A stretch of DNA of 64,000 nucleotides from a virus. Of this stretch, positions 26,446 through 36,362 are shown piece after piece. Position 1 is the stretch's first letter, and every line of letters starts with the position of its first letter. The DNA is taken from IMG/VR virus record IMGVR_UViG_3300032288_005424; one strand, 5' to 3'. The notes beneath the pieces were generated by a model, which made no database searches, was not told where the DNA came from, and saw only the letters and a list, made by a program, of their open reading frames with translations. Both the position numbers and the translations under genes were made by a program.

Positions 26446-26952
26446 ATGTTCAATAACATTTCAGATATTCTTAAGAGCTTCACGCCCGCCCAGCGAATCA
26501 CGGCGCTGCTCATACTCGTGTTCACCATTGTGCTTATTAGTCTAGGCCCAAGCCTGATCGATCGCCACACGACTGACTGTTCCGAACTTGAGGTCAGGGT
26601 CAAGAGCCAACAGGTGCAGATCATGGAGCTCTCGGCTCAGGTCGAGAAACTCAATCGTGATCTCATCAGCGGCCAGAGCGAGTGCACTGCTAACCTAATT
26701 CAAAAACAGCAAGAGATCATGGGCATTGTCAATGGTATGATCGAGGAGACCCAGCGCAAGGCCGCCCTTGCAGGTCGTCGAGAGCAAATGATGAGGACCA
26801 GACCCGATCGAAGAGACGGTAGCGGAGACGGCAACGGTGAGCTCGCCTATTCAAGAGCTCCAGAGCCCGAACCTGTGCAGGTGATCGATGAGACCCTGCC
26901 CAAGCTTAAGCAGCTCAAGGCTCAAATTCAAAAAACCATGAAATCCAAGTAA
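26446..26952 (+). CDS. membrane-anchored coiled-coil protein
   Basis: N-terminal TM (ITALLILVFTIVLISLG) followed by a heptad-rich region. Confidence 0.45.
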   Translation: MFNNISDILKSFTPAQRITALLILVFTIVLISLGPSLIDRHTTDCSELEVRVKSQQVQIMELSAQVEKLNRDLISGQSECTANLIQKQQEIMGIVNGMIEETQRKAALAGRREQMMRTRPDRRDGSGDGNGELAYSRAPEPEPVQVIDETLPKLKQLKAQIQKTMKSK

Positions 26953-27917
26953 TGCCGAATGTAATAAAGTACAGCGCGAGCACCCAGACCAATGCGCTAA
27001 AAAGCGGTAACTTTTGGGTCGGGATCGGCGATGCTGACAAGGGCCCAACCGGCACCACCGGTTACTGGAACGGAATTAATCCTCCGGTCGGTGGCTACAC
27101 GTTCTATCTCAATAAAGCAGCCAACGGCCCGTCCGTTTATACTGCAGCAAATAGCTCTCAACTCATAAACCTGGTCAAGATTTTTTCTGGCACGACATTC
27201 GGTAGTGCTGCTGCCTGCATTAACTGGGCAAATGATAACCCGGACTACATGATTGTCAATCAAGAGTTTCCAATGACCATAACCGATGGCTTGCAGTTTG
27301 CATTCGATACTGACTACTCAATAAGTCACTCATCCGACGGTACCGATAAGTGGTACGACATGATAGGCGGAGCCTCATACACCAATGGGTCTGGGGCTGA
27401 CCCAGTCTGGATGAATGGAGTTGATGAAATAACCGTCTGCTGCCTGCTGGAAAAGACCGCAAGCACCGTCGGCCAATACGCGTATCATCCAATCAGCAAA
27501 TGGAACTCTGCCTATAATCTGAATGCGTCATTCGTTCTGTACCAGTTCGATGACTATCAGGGAAACGGAAACGATGGCATTCTTGGCTGGTACGGCTACA
27601 CCCAAAATTCAGGCTGGACCAACCTCACCGACCTGTTCATTAGGATGTTTCCCAACCAAACTCTAATGGTCAGCATGACTTACAGCTCCGCTGCCGGAGG
27701 TCAGATGTGGATCAATGACACAAAGGTCGGCAACCTGACCTCAGCCGGTGCCGGAGCGTTGGGCAATACTAATCATCCGACCTCGGTGTTTGGCATGTAC
27801 GGACCCATGCAGGTCGGCCCACTAAGAGTTCGCCAAGCCCTGTTCTACGATCGAGTGCTTAGCGACATGGAAATGTACTACAACTACGCAGCCGTCCAGT
27901 CAAGGCTGGTGTTTTAA
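26952..27917 (+). CDS. LamG / concanavalin-A-like lectin domain protein (tail fibre or receptor-binding candidate)
   Basis: C-terminal ...LRVRQALFYDRVLSDMEMYYNY resembles the LamG_3 ending (vaiYnRALsaaEi); start codon overlaps the upstream stop (TAATG). Confidence 0.45.
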   Translation: MPNVIKYSASTQTNALKSGNFWVGIGDADKGPTGTTGYWNGINPPVGGYTFYLNKAANGPSVYTAANSSQLINLVKIFSGTTFGSAAACINWANDNPDYMIVNQEFPMTITDGLQFAFDTDYSISHSSDGTDKWYDMIGGASYTNGSGADPVWMNGVDEITVCCLLEKTASTVGQYAYHPISKWNSAYNLNASFVLYQFDDYQGNGNDGILGWYGYTQNSGWTNLTDLFIRMFPNQTLMVSMTYSSAAGGQMWINDTKVGNLTSAGAGALGNTNHPTSVFGMYGPMQVGPLRVRQALFYDRVLSDMEMYYNYAAVQSRLVF

Positions 27918-28111
27918 CATAATCAACTAATGATGTACACAATAGAAGAACCCTATGCCAATTCAAGCACCCCACCAAAAGGAACTGTTCCCTTCTTTTT
28001 AGTAAAAGACGAGAACAACACAACCGTTTACACTGGAGTTACCAGAGCGGAGTGCCAGAAGTGGATCGATACTAATACGGCTCCATAATAAATAGAAATA
28101 AATCAAACGAT

Positions 28112-28753
28112 TTGAACGCTAATAATTTGAAATACGTTAAACTATACGAGAACTTCTTTGAGGACATGGAACGTGCAGCGGACCAAGCTCACAAGCCCGT
28201 GCCCTTTAAGAAGCAGGAGAAGAAGCCTAAGCCCGAACCGCAAGCCGAACCTCAAGAGGAGCCAGTTAAGGTTCAAGAACCCGCTGAAACCAGACCAGAA
28301 GAGGACACTACTGAAACGACGACTGAAGCACCAGCGCCTGAGGAACCCAAAACATTCAAGGACTGGCTCACAGGTAAAGTAAAAAAGCTTGTTGAGTTCG
28401 AAGAGACCGATCAGAGCGTGAGGTGCTGGGCAGAGCTTGAGAATGAAACCTCATGCCAATGGTCCATTTCAATGGAGGATTACCCAACGGTCGAGGCAAG
28501 TTTCAAGCTTGGAGCTGACACCGTCTATTTGGACGATGATACCTCTGGCGAGATTGCTCGTGAATACTACACTAAAAAGCGAGAGTACGATCCAAAACCT
28601 TGGACCGAATGCGTGCTACAGGTTGGAGCCCAATTTCCGGAATTCATGAGAAGAATGGAGAAGGAGGCAATCAATCGAGCGACCGATCAAGACATTGAAC
28701 TCTCAAAGATAATTGCAGCCCAATTCGGCACCCAAAAAACAGGCAAAAAATAA
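28112..28753 (+). CDS. CTS-like N-terminus protein with a Pro/Glu-rich linker
   Basis: MNANNLKYVKLYENFFEDME. Confidence 0.5.
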   Translation: MNANNLKYVKLYENFFEDMERAADQAHKPVPFKKQEKKPKPEPQAEPQEEPVKVQEPAETRPEEDTTETTTEAPAPEEPKTFKDWLTGKVKKLVEFEETDQSVRCWAELENETSCQWSISMEDYPTVEASFKLGADTVYLDDDTSGEIAREYYTKKREYDPKPWTECVLQVGAQFPEFMRRMEKEAINRATDQDIELSKIIAAQFGTQKTGKK

Positions 28754-28763
28754 AAGATCATTC

Positions 28764-29096
28764 ATGAAAAATTTAAAAGCATTCAATCAATTCATACATG
28801 AAGAACTCGATAAGGACGAAACTGGCGAGCTTAGAAGCATGGGTTTCTCTGATTACTCAGCTCCTTTCAGAGAACGTTATCAGGCATTAGTCGAAGAATG
28901 GGGTTCTGATCCTGAAGTAAATGCAGCAATCGATACTTTAAAATCCAGGTTCCGCGAACTGTTCGCAAAGCACATAGATTCCGATTCAGATGATGATGCT
29001 GAGGAGATTGAACAACTGAGAACATGGATGTACGATGCCAACGGTATTGACGATATCGGATGGTTCGAGTACATTTTTATCAATGACCTTTACTAA
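28764..29096 (+). CDS. CTS-like N-terminus acidic protein, AT-rich paralog of 10227..10565
   Basis: MKNLKAFNQFIHEE; ELRSMGFSDYSAP...DPEVNAAIDTLKSRFRELFAKH. Confidence 0.5.
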   Translation: MKNLKAFNQFIHEELDKDETGELRSMGFSDYSAPFRERYQALVEEWGSDPEVNAAIDTLKSRFRELFAKHIDSDSDDDAEEIEQLRTWMYDANGIDDIGWFEYIFINDLY

Positions 29097-29120
29097 TAAT
29101 TGATACTTATTTTTATAATT

Positions 29121-29146
29121 GACCGGTCCATGTGACCGGTTTTTTT
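29121..29146 (+). terminator. terminator
   Basis: GACCGGTCcatgtGACCGGT plus T7; followed by TGTACATTAAC box and a 35-aa membrane peptide ORF (29160..29267, MKRLNKWTFWDWAIIFIFSAWIVGMTWILMNAPLN). Confidence 0.55.
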
Positions 29147-29271
29147 GTACATTAACTTCATGAAAAGACTTAATAAATGGACGTTCTGGGATTGGGCAAT
29201 CATATTCATCTTTAGTGCATGGATAGTTGGCATGACCTGGATTCTAATGAACGCTCCGTTAAACTAACGCA

Positions 29272-29877
29272 ATGAAAATAACAGATGACGTAATCGTTAA
29301 ATTTTTTGGGCACGGCCGTGGATTCACAATGACCTCAATTAAAAGATGGGGCGGATTCATAAAGGACGAAGACGATCTTGAGCATGCCCAGTTTCATGCA
29401 ATCCGTAGTGCGGTTTCAGCCAAGGACCGTGAGATTGAATTTGAGAATGAGGTTCACATGGTGAATTACCTAATGAAGAATTGTTATTGGGGTTGGTGTG
29501 AGGCCGTTAAACGTAGGCTTAGATTACCAGTCGTATTGGAAAGTCAGCTGATTCCAGCTGGGGCAGAAGAAGATCGAGCACCTGTCAACAAGCTTGAAGA
29601 GTCGGTTGAGCCCAAGGAAATGGTGCTCGATCCTCACAGGCTACACGGAATCGCAAAACACCTTGTGCTTCAAGAACTCGGTCCAGTATCGGCCAGCATT
29701 TTTGAACTACACTACGTCAATGAATTAATTGTCAAGGATGTTGCAAAAGAGCTTGAACTCAAACCTGAGATCGTTCGAAATAGACTTACCACAATCAAGA
29801 GATTGCTCAATAGAAGGCTCAAGCATTTCGCGAATAATAATTATCAAATAGGCCGAGGCCGGCTTCACGCTTATTAA
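29272..29877 (+). CDS. ECF-like sigma factor / sigma-70 region-4 transcription factor
   Basis: Region-2-like FHAIRSAVSA...NYLMKNCYWGWCEAVKRR and region-4 HTH IFELHYVNELIVKDVAKELELKPEIVRNRLTTIKRLLNRRL. Confidence 0.5.
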   Translation: MKITDDVIVKFFGHGRGFTMTSIKRWGGFIKDEDDLEHAQFHAIRSAVSAKDREIEFENEVHMVNYLMKNCYWGWCEAVKRRLRLPVVLESQLIPAGAEEDRAPVNKLEESVEPKEMVLDPHRLHGIAKHLVLQELGPVSASIFELHYVNELIVKDVAKELELKPEIVRNRLTTIKRLLNRRLKHFANNNYQIGRGRLHAY

Positions 29878-29979
29878 TCCAGGCATACTTATTTTAAAAA
29901 CGGGATCCTTTAGACCCCGTTTTTTTATTTTACGGGAGTCCGGCAAATAAATAACTAGGTAAATAATTAGTAACTCCAA

Positions 29980-30204
29980 ATGAAGCACATCAAACTATTT
30001 GAGCAATTCATAACCGAATTCTACGCGGCTGAGCCGGCTACCAGACCGGCACCTACCATTGCTCCGACCAAGCCTGCTACAAGACCAAAACCGGGCCCAA
30101 TTCCTACAAAGAAACCGTTCAAACAACCTGAGCCAGCAAAAGCTCAAGCTGAAGACGTGTTGGCTCGTCTAAAAGAACTAGAGAATGAGAATGAAATCGT
30201 TTAA
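29980..30204 (+). CDS. CTS-like N-terminus small Pro-rich protein
   Basis: MKHIKLFEQFITEF. Confidence 0.45.
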   Translation: MKHIKLFEQFITEFYAAEPATRPAPTIAPTKPATRPKPGPIPTKKPFKQPEPAKAQAEDVLARLKELENENEIV

Positions 30205-31642
30205 ACAATTCATGAATGAGGCCGATATCAAGGGAAATCCAGCTATTTCGCCAGAGTACTTAGCCTCCCTAAACAAGAGAGCTGAGGCTAGTGCCAGAGA
30301 GATTGAAGAACGATATGGCCGTGAAGTGATGAATCTAATGAAGTTTGCGAAAGAAGTACAGGAAATTCAAAATAAGAAAGACGACACTGATAAATCAGCA
30401 AATGGGCCAACCGATAATGCTTCAAAGATCACTAAACTTGAGGCTTTAACCAAAAGTGTAATAGAACAGTTTTACGGTCCTATCCTTAGAGATACAGAAC
30501 TAGACATTAGAATTCCTACTGACCCACGTGAAATGAAGCAAAAAATGGATCAGGAAAAGTCGGAGGCTGATGAGATGCCGGCCTTCAAAGAAATTGAGGA
30601 CGATGCCACTCGAACAGCGATTCACAAGCGTAAGATCCTAAACATGATTACTCAGGGCGAGGCCATCAATTCAAAGAAAATGCTTTTGAGCGATGTTAAT
30701 AGGGACGGATTAGCCGAAATATTTGGAAAAGCTGATTCTGAAAAAATGATAGAGCTCTTAATTAAGATAACCGATATCTGTAATGCCAGAGACTGGCGTA
30801 TACCCGAGGAAGTTGCAGAATTAATGATCGAACAGGGGCAATCTCTGAGCGGCGTTTCTAAGATTGAATGGAAACCTAACAGGTCAAAACAAGATGACTC
30901 AGCCGATGAACCTGAAAATGATGAAGATTCACCAGCAGATGATCATTCAACCGATACTGCAAAGCTAATCATTTTGGGAATGGATCAAGCAATGCTTTTC
31001 CATGAAGCAGTCAAAGCAATTTACGGCTTAATTAATCAGGGTGGGCTTGCTCATCTTGATGATGAGACCATTGCAAAGGTCTTTATGAACGCTGACACTC
31101 CAAGGGATGAGGTTCAAGATCTTAAGAGAGCTAAGCTAACTGCTGCGGATCTTAGAGATTTCATCAATGATTTCCCAGAGGTTGCGACTATTGAAAACGG
31201 TCGAGAATACGTTTGGGGTAAGATGATTGATGCAAGCATTCTACCCGATGCAAAGTTCCTTGAACTAATGCGATTGATCTTCACAGCAGCTCCTCTTTAC
31301 AGACAGGTTAGTGAGAACGAACCGCCTTACTCAGAAGAGGAAATCTCTGCTGCTCGCGAAGCAATGCCTAAAGCCCAAGCGGTCGTTAACAAGTTGATTC
31401 AGCTAATACAAGACGAGCTCGCTGACTGGGAAGATTCAGTTTCGGGTTCAGAATACGATGATGAAGATTACGGAGACTCTAGCTTCGATAACGCGTTCGA
31501 TAATGGTTTTTTACCAAGAGCAGCCAGAGGCGAAATGAGCCAGTCTGAAATTCAGAGTTTGATTGACCAAGCACTAGATCGCCGAGACTTTGCTGAAGTC
31601 CAAAGACTTTCTAAACTATTGAAAGAGAGTAATTTAAGTTAA
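30191..31642 (+). CDS. CTS-like N-terminus large acidic protein
   Basis: MKSFKQFMNEADIK, near-identical to the T4 internal-protein CTS MKTYQEFIAEA; ~484 aa. Confidence 0.55.
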   Translation: MKSFKQFMNEADIKGNPAISPEYLASLNKRAEASAREIEERYGREVMNLMKFAKEVQEIQNKKDDTDKSANGPTDNASKITKLEALTKSVIEQFYGPILRDTELDIRIPTDPREMKQKMDQEKSEADEMPAFKEIEDDATRTAIHKRKILNMITQGEAINSKKMLLSDVNRDGLAEIFGKADSEKMIELLIKITDICNARDWRIPEEVAELMIEQGQSLSGVSKIEWKPNRSKQDDSADEPENDEDSPADDHSTDTAKLIILGMDQAMLFHEAVKAIYGLINQGGLAHLDDETIAKVFMNADTPRDEVQDLKRAKLTAADLRDFINDFPEVATIENGREYVWGKMIDASILPDAKFLELMRLIFTAAPLYRQVSENEPPYSEEEISAAREAMPKAQAVVNKLIQLIQDELADWEDSVSGSEYDDEDYGDSSFDNAFDNGFLPRAARGEMSQSEIQSLIDQALDRRDFAEVQRLSKLLKESNLS

Positions 31643-32466
31643 TGAAGCATTTAAAACTATTTGAAAGTTGGGTCAATGAGGCTCTAACCGCAGATCAAAT
31701 TGCTGCACAGATTCAAGCAGCAGTCGCCGGCATTGGCACGGACGAGACTGCTCTAACCTCAGCAATCCGATCAATTCCTGACGCAGCTTCTTTAGTTAAA
31801 ATCAACAAGACTTTAAAAGCAGGTCATGAGGATCAGCAGAAAGCATGGGCATATCCAAGCGTTGGTGATGCAATTAATGGAGAGCTTGGATTGTTTGACT
31901 CTGATTACAAGACTCAGATAATGACCCACATCAAGAACATTAGAGCAGAACAGTACCTTAATTCGTTCAAAGCCCCGCCTCCTCCAACCGACCCGGTCAT
32001 TGCATCAATCAAGGATCGCGTAATAAAACATGAAGGCTCAAAGCCTTTCAAATACCTGGATTCCAGAAAGATCCCAACTATTGGAGTAGGTTTTAATCTT
32101 ACTCGAGGGGACGCTTCTCTCCAATTAAAAAAGGTTGGAGCTAATCCTGAAAAGATCAAGTCGGGTAAATCTCCATTGACTCAGGACCAGATAAATGCTC
32201 TGCTTTTTACTGATCTTAAACAGGCAAAGTTAAATGCCCAAGATCTAGTTCCAAACATGGAAACTCTACCCACCCAAGTTCAAGGAGTCTTAACTGAAAT
32301 GGTTTTCAACCTGGGCAAGACTGGGCTTTCTGAGTTCAAGAATTTTCTAGCCCACATAAAACAGAAAAACTTTGATGCTGCCTCAGACGAAATGCTAAAG
32401 TCTACATGGGCAAAACAGGTCGGCGAAAGAGCCATAACCTTAGCAGGTCTCATCAAAGCAGCCTAA
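31642..32466 (+). CDS. CTS-like N-terminus plus GH24 (T4-type) lysozyme domain
   Basis: MKHLKLFESWVNEA; HEGSKPFKYLDSRKIPTIGVGFNL matches the GH24 E-G-x(n)-Y-x-D-x-x-G-x-x-T-I-G-x-G core. Confidence 0.65.
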   Translation: MKHLKLFESWVNEALTADQIAAQIQAAVAGIGTDETALTSAIRSIPDAASLVKINKTLKAGHEDQQKAWAYPSVGDAINGELGLFDSDYKTQIMTHIKNIRAEQYLNSFKAPPPPTDPVIASIKDRVIKHEGSKPFKYLDSRKIPTIGVGFNLTRGDASLQLKKVGANPEKIKSGKSPLTQDQINALLFTDLKQAKLNAQDLVPNMETLPTQVQGVLTEMVFNLGKTGLSEFKNFLAHIKQKNFDAASDEMLKSTWAKQVGERAITLAGLIKAA

Positions 32467-32473
32467 CTTTTTT

Positions 32474-32491
32474 GGTATAATAGGTCTATCT
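32474..32491 (+). promoter_or_regulatory. class-2 box TTTTGGTATAATAGG 10 nt before the sigma-gene ATG
   Basis: TATAAT at 32476-32481. Confidence 0.4.
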
Positions 32492-33037
32492 ATGGACTTA
32501 AATTTACGCTACGTCGATCCAATGGTCGACATGGCCAAAACCGGTGATGATCGTGCTCTTGCAGATTTGTGGAATCAATGGAAGCCTTTAGCCTATAAGA
32601 CGGCTGCTAAATACTTAACCGATCGGGGCGAACTTGATCAAGCTGTAGCTCAGGGACTTGCTAAAGCTCTCATGAATCTAGACAAGTGGAGCGGAACTGG
32701 CCCTTTCGCTGCCTGGTTAGCAAGGGTCGTTTGTAACGAAACTGTTAATTGGATTAGGCAATTCAAGACAAAGGCAAAGGTATTTTCTGACATTGATGGA
32801 ATTGATGTTAAAATCGAAGACGTTCATGCGGACAGGCCGGCTCTAAATTTAATTAGGGGAATCGTTGATAATCTTCCGACTAGACAACAATTTGCATTCA
32901 AGCTTGTTGTCTATGAGGATTTATCGTATGAGGAGGCTGCTGTGCACATGGGCACAACAGCCGGTGCAGTCAAGTCAAACGTGCATGATGCAAAGACTAA
33001 ACTAAGAAAATTGTTGTCTGGGACTGGGCTTCGATAA
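32492..33037 (+). CDS. ECF-type RNA polymerase sigma factor
   Basis: Region 2 (DLWNQWKPLAYKTAAKYL...FAAWLARVVCNETVNWIRQ) and region 4 (LPTRQQFAFKLVVYEDLSYEEAAVHMGTTAGAVKSNVHDAKTKLRKLL). Confidence 0.65.
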   Translation: MDLNLRYVDPMVDMAKTGDDRALADLWNQWKPLAYKTAAKYLTDRGELDQAVAQGLAKALMNLDKWSGTGPFAAWLARVVCNETVNWIRQFKTKAKVFSDIDGIDVKIEDVHADRPALNLIRGIVDNLPTRQQFAFKLVVYEDLSYEEAAVHMGTTAGAVKSNVHDAKTKLRKLLSGTGLR

Positions 33038-33089
33038 TTCTTATGAAGCTCACCTAAAATAAATAAACCTGAAATAAATTACGCAATAA

Positions 33090-33962
33090 ATGCCAAAGTA
33101 CATAAAGCTATTTGAATCTTTCATTGGTGAAGCCGCTGATGACCTGATGACGGTCTTCAACGATACAAGCAAGGTCAAATGGACCGTTTACGCTTCAATA
33201 TTTAAACTTTCCAGCAAGAAACTGGGTAAGATGATGGCGGTTACCGATGCCAATAAGGTTAAGGAATTGGGTTACAACGTGTTAGCCATGTTAACTGTAG
33301 CAGACAATGCAGTCATTACTAAATTAAAGGATGCGGGTGGACTTGCTCTTACTACTCAATCCGGAACTCTAGAACAATTGCCTGGAGGAGAACCTAACTA
33401 CGCATATTCGGCTAGGTTCGGATTCAAAGTAACTGAAAAATTAGGTAGCGCAAAGATAGATTCAATCTCTGATATACTAGATGGACTTGGAACAACCGGT
33501 TCCGCCGGAACAGCCGGTACTTCAGGTTCAGCAGGCAGTGCTGCTGATAAAATGTTCGGAGCAGCTTCAGCCAATTTCGATAAAGCGATGCAAGAGGCTG
33601 GCGTAAAACAGATTGCCGCCTACTTACGAATGATTAACAATCCAGCTCTACAATCAGCAGCCGGTCAAGACCCGTCAATCAAGACTCTTCTTGATGCTCA
33701 AGCAGCGGCGGTTACGCAAGCTGATAAAGATGCAAAGGAGAGAGAAATTGAGCCCAAGGTCAAAGCCGCATTGACTTCAAGGTTGGCTCAAGTTCAAGCC
33801 GACTTCAGCACTACGCAAGATCCTAACCTAAAGAAACAGGCTCAAGATAAAGCTCAACAGCTAGACTCTCTAATAAAAAATTACAAGCCTGAATTTGGAC
33901 CTGCACTTAATGTGGGTTCAGCTGGAACATCAGGTTCAGCTGGAATTTCTGCACAAAAATAA
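33090..33962 (+). CDS. CTS-like N-terminus protein with duplicated GSAGTSGSAG segments
   Basis: MPKYIKLFESFIGEA; internal and C-terminal S/G/A/T repeats. Confidence 0.5.
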   Translation: MPKYIKLFESFIGEAADDLMTVFNDTSKVKWTVYASIFKLSSKKLGKMMAVTDANKVKELGYNVLAMLTVADNAVITKLKDAGGLALTTQSGTLEQLPGGEPNYAYSARFGFKVTEKLGSAKIDSISDILDGLGTTGSAGTAGTSGSAGSAADKMFGAASANFDKAMQEAGVKQIAAYLRMINNPALQSAAGQDPSIKTLLDAQAAAVTQADKDAKEREIEPKVKAALTSRLAQVQADFSTTQDPNLKKQAQDKAQQLDSLIKNYKPEFGPALNVGSAGTSGSAGISAQK

Positions 33963-33971
33963 TGATAGAGT

Positions 33972-34838
33972 TTGAAATACATTAAATTATTTGAAGAGCA
34001 TTCGCTAAATTCACTAAATGCACAAAAGGCCGATTTAGATGGGCTAAAGGACATAGGGATCATTTCTCCAACAGAGTACACAGATAAGATAAAGGACATC
34101 AATCGTCAAATAAAGTCTATGTTAACAACCGGCTCAATGAATACAATGTATTCAAAGAAATGGTTCGATGATATTAGAACTGTACCTGAGTTCAAATGGC
34201 TAGTTGATGTAGTTGATTCTCCTGAATACTCAAACTTGGTTTCAAAGGGAGTTGCTTTATCTTCAAGTTTTACTCAATTAATGAATCATACACTGGTCTT
34301 TTCGAAAAATCAGGAAAGGCGAGTAGAGTCTGATTATGCAATTGGATTCTTTGGAGCTACTAAAACGGTTAGACGAATCGTACCTAAAACTGGGAATCGG
34401 GACATGGACATGATAATAAAGATTTTCAAGTCTCCAACCGAAGATGACTTCTTCAAATCAGCCATGTCGTACATCGCTGACACAATTGACTTTACGACCA
34501 ACTATTTTAGTTCAAAGCGAGCAGTCAAAGCTGAGCTTTTAAAACAAGAAACCGTTGCCGAATTCAAAAAGGTTATGGTCGAATTCATTAAGAAAAAAAT
34601 GCCAGGAGCAGATGATTCGCAAATCCGAAAATTGTCAGACCATCTTCATGCTTTAATTGGATGGAACCTAGCAGAGATCAAACCTGCAACAAAAGCATTG
34701 AAGACTTGGCTAACAACAGATAAGACGGTAAATCTGTCCATATACTCGTATGCTCCACTTGATGGAGAACTTCAACAGCTCCTATTAAACGATCCAAGAT
34801 TAATTGTTCACAATCGAGCTCAACGAAGTTTAACATAA
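33972..34838 (+). CDS. CTS-like N-terminus protein
   Basis: MKYIKLFEEHSLNS. Confidence 0.5.
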   Translation: MKYIKLFEEHSLNSLNAQKADLDGLKDIGIISPTEYTDKIKDINRQIKSMLTTGSMNTMYSKKWFDDIRTVPEFKWLVDVVDSPEYSNLVSKGVALSSSFTQLMNHTLVFSKNQERRVESDYAIGFFGATKTVRRIVPKTGNRDMDMIIKIFKSPTEDDFFKSAMSYIADTIDFTTNYFSSKRAVKAELLKQETVAEFKKVMVEFIKKKMPGADDSQIRKLSDHLHALIGWNLAEIKPATKALKTWLTTDKTVNLSIYSYAPLDGELQQLLLNDPRLIVHNRAQRSLT

Positions 34839-34856
34839 AATGTAAAATTTAATAAA

Positions 34857-36329
34857 ATGAAGTACCTAAGGATATTTGAAAGTTGGATGACCAACGAAGA
34901 TCAGATGATCGATGAAAACATGCAGGCCGCAAAGTCCTTCATGCTAAAAAGACTTGCTGATCGTTTGCGTAAGCCGGTTCAAGAGCTTTCGCCTGAAGAA
35001 CAGACTCAGGCCCTAAGCGATCCAAAGTACAAGGAGATCCTTGCTCTACTTGGAGAAAAGTACAGAGGATACGCTGGATCCTTCGTTAATTTCGTATTCC
35101 TTCAAAGAATAGCAATTCAACAATTACAACTTCTATTGGCTGAGATTGAAGCGAATCGTGAATTCATCAGCTCACTACCTCATACGATTGAGGCCTATTC
35201 AAAAGGTAATCCAGACCAAACCTCTAGAATTTCAGGATTTGAGGCATTAATGGACCAATTCGCGCAAATTAAGTTTCGTAGAAAAGGTAAATGGATCATT
35301 GACAAATTACCTGGAGTTATAAGAGCCAAAGCAAGAGAGGCGAGTCCTGAAGAACAACAGGCACTATTAAGAATTGGAGCTACTCTTGCGGATCAGGATC
35401 CGGAAATTCAAAAGCGATTAATGAAAAAGGTTAATCGTTTCTTGAGCAAGCCAATTGCAGATTTTATTGCCTATGCTCGTAACTTCGCTGATGCTCAAAA
35501 CACAGAAGGCGCGCCCAAATTGGCTGCACAGGCTGAAGATCTTGCACCGGCGGTTAATGTGTTATACGATGATGAGCGTTACGTAGTAATGTCAATCAGA
35601 ACTGAAGCTGCACAAAAGGCCCTATGTTCCGCTGCTAACTGGTGTATTAACACATGGGCATGGAAGCAGTACGCAACCGGTGCAGTACAGATAAACATCT
35701 TTGATTTTGGAGTTCCTAGCACAGATCCTTTACATATAGTGGGCACAACGATTTACTACAACGGTAAGGTTAGAACCTCACATGACATCAACGACATTGC
35801 TATCAAGAAATCTGACGATCCAGCAGAACACTTTACCAAATTGGGATATCCGACCGATGTTGTTGATTCAATCGTTAAACCGCTTGCAGCCGAATGCGCG
35901 GTCAAGCAAGTGCTAGATGAAGGAGCATCGGCTAAAACCGGCAGAGCGATCATAGACAAGATCATGACGGCAGGTCACAGCTTGCAAATAGCTGATCAAA
36001 CAATGTCGGCCTATGCTGAGCAGGAAATAGCTAATGTGATTGATCAGGAAATGGGTCAACTAATTAAAATGCAGGACGTGATTGACTCATTCAAACAGTA
36101 CGGTGTTGTATCAACGTTTGCCGCAAAGCTATATAATAAATTGATAGTCGGCTCGGCGATTTCACAAAACGACAACGAAGCGATCTTGGCAAAGACCGCA
36201 CGAGGTTTCAAGTTGATGGAGGCTGCAATCGCTGCAGGTACTTTTGAAAAACAGGCGAATACTAAACGTAAGATTGAAGCAATCCTTGCGGTCAAGGACC
36301 AGATTCTGGCCATGATCTCTAACCAGTAA
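34857..36329 (+). CDS. CTS-like N-terminus large protein
   Basis: MKYLRIFESWMTNED; 490 aa. Confidence 0.5.
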   Translation: MKYLRIFESWMTNEDQMIDENMQAAKSFMLKRLADRLRKPVQELSPEEQTQALSDPKYKEILALLGEKYRGYAGSFVNFVFLQRIAIQQLQLLLAEIEANREFISSLPHTIEAYSKGNPDQTSRISGFEALMDQFAQIKFRRKGKWIIDKLPGVIRAKAREASPEEQQALLRIGATLADQDPEIQKRLMKKVNRFLSKPIADFIAYARNFADAQNTEGAPKLAAQAEDLAPAVNVLYDDERYVVMSIRTEAAQKALCSAANWCINTWAWKQYATGAVQINIFDFGVPSTDPLHIVGTTIYYNGKVRTSHDINDIAIKKSDDPAEHFTKLGYPTDVVDSIVKPLAAECAVKQVLDEGASAKTGRAIIDKIMTAGHSLQIADQTMSAYAEQEIANVIDQEMGQLIKMQDVIDSFKQYGVVSTFAAKLYNKLIVGSAISQNDNEAILAKTARGFKLMEAAIAAGTFEKQANTKRKIEAILAVKDQILAMISNQ

Positions 36330-36362
36330 CCTTTTGCCCAATATTTAGTATAATAAGCCAGT

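Noticed and set aside
30185-30190. Upstream start MRMKSFKQF (30185) for the large CTS-tagged gene
   Set aside because: Starting at 30191 gives MKSFKQFMNEA, matching the family consensus exactly. The extra two codons overlap the stop region of the preceding gene.
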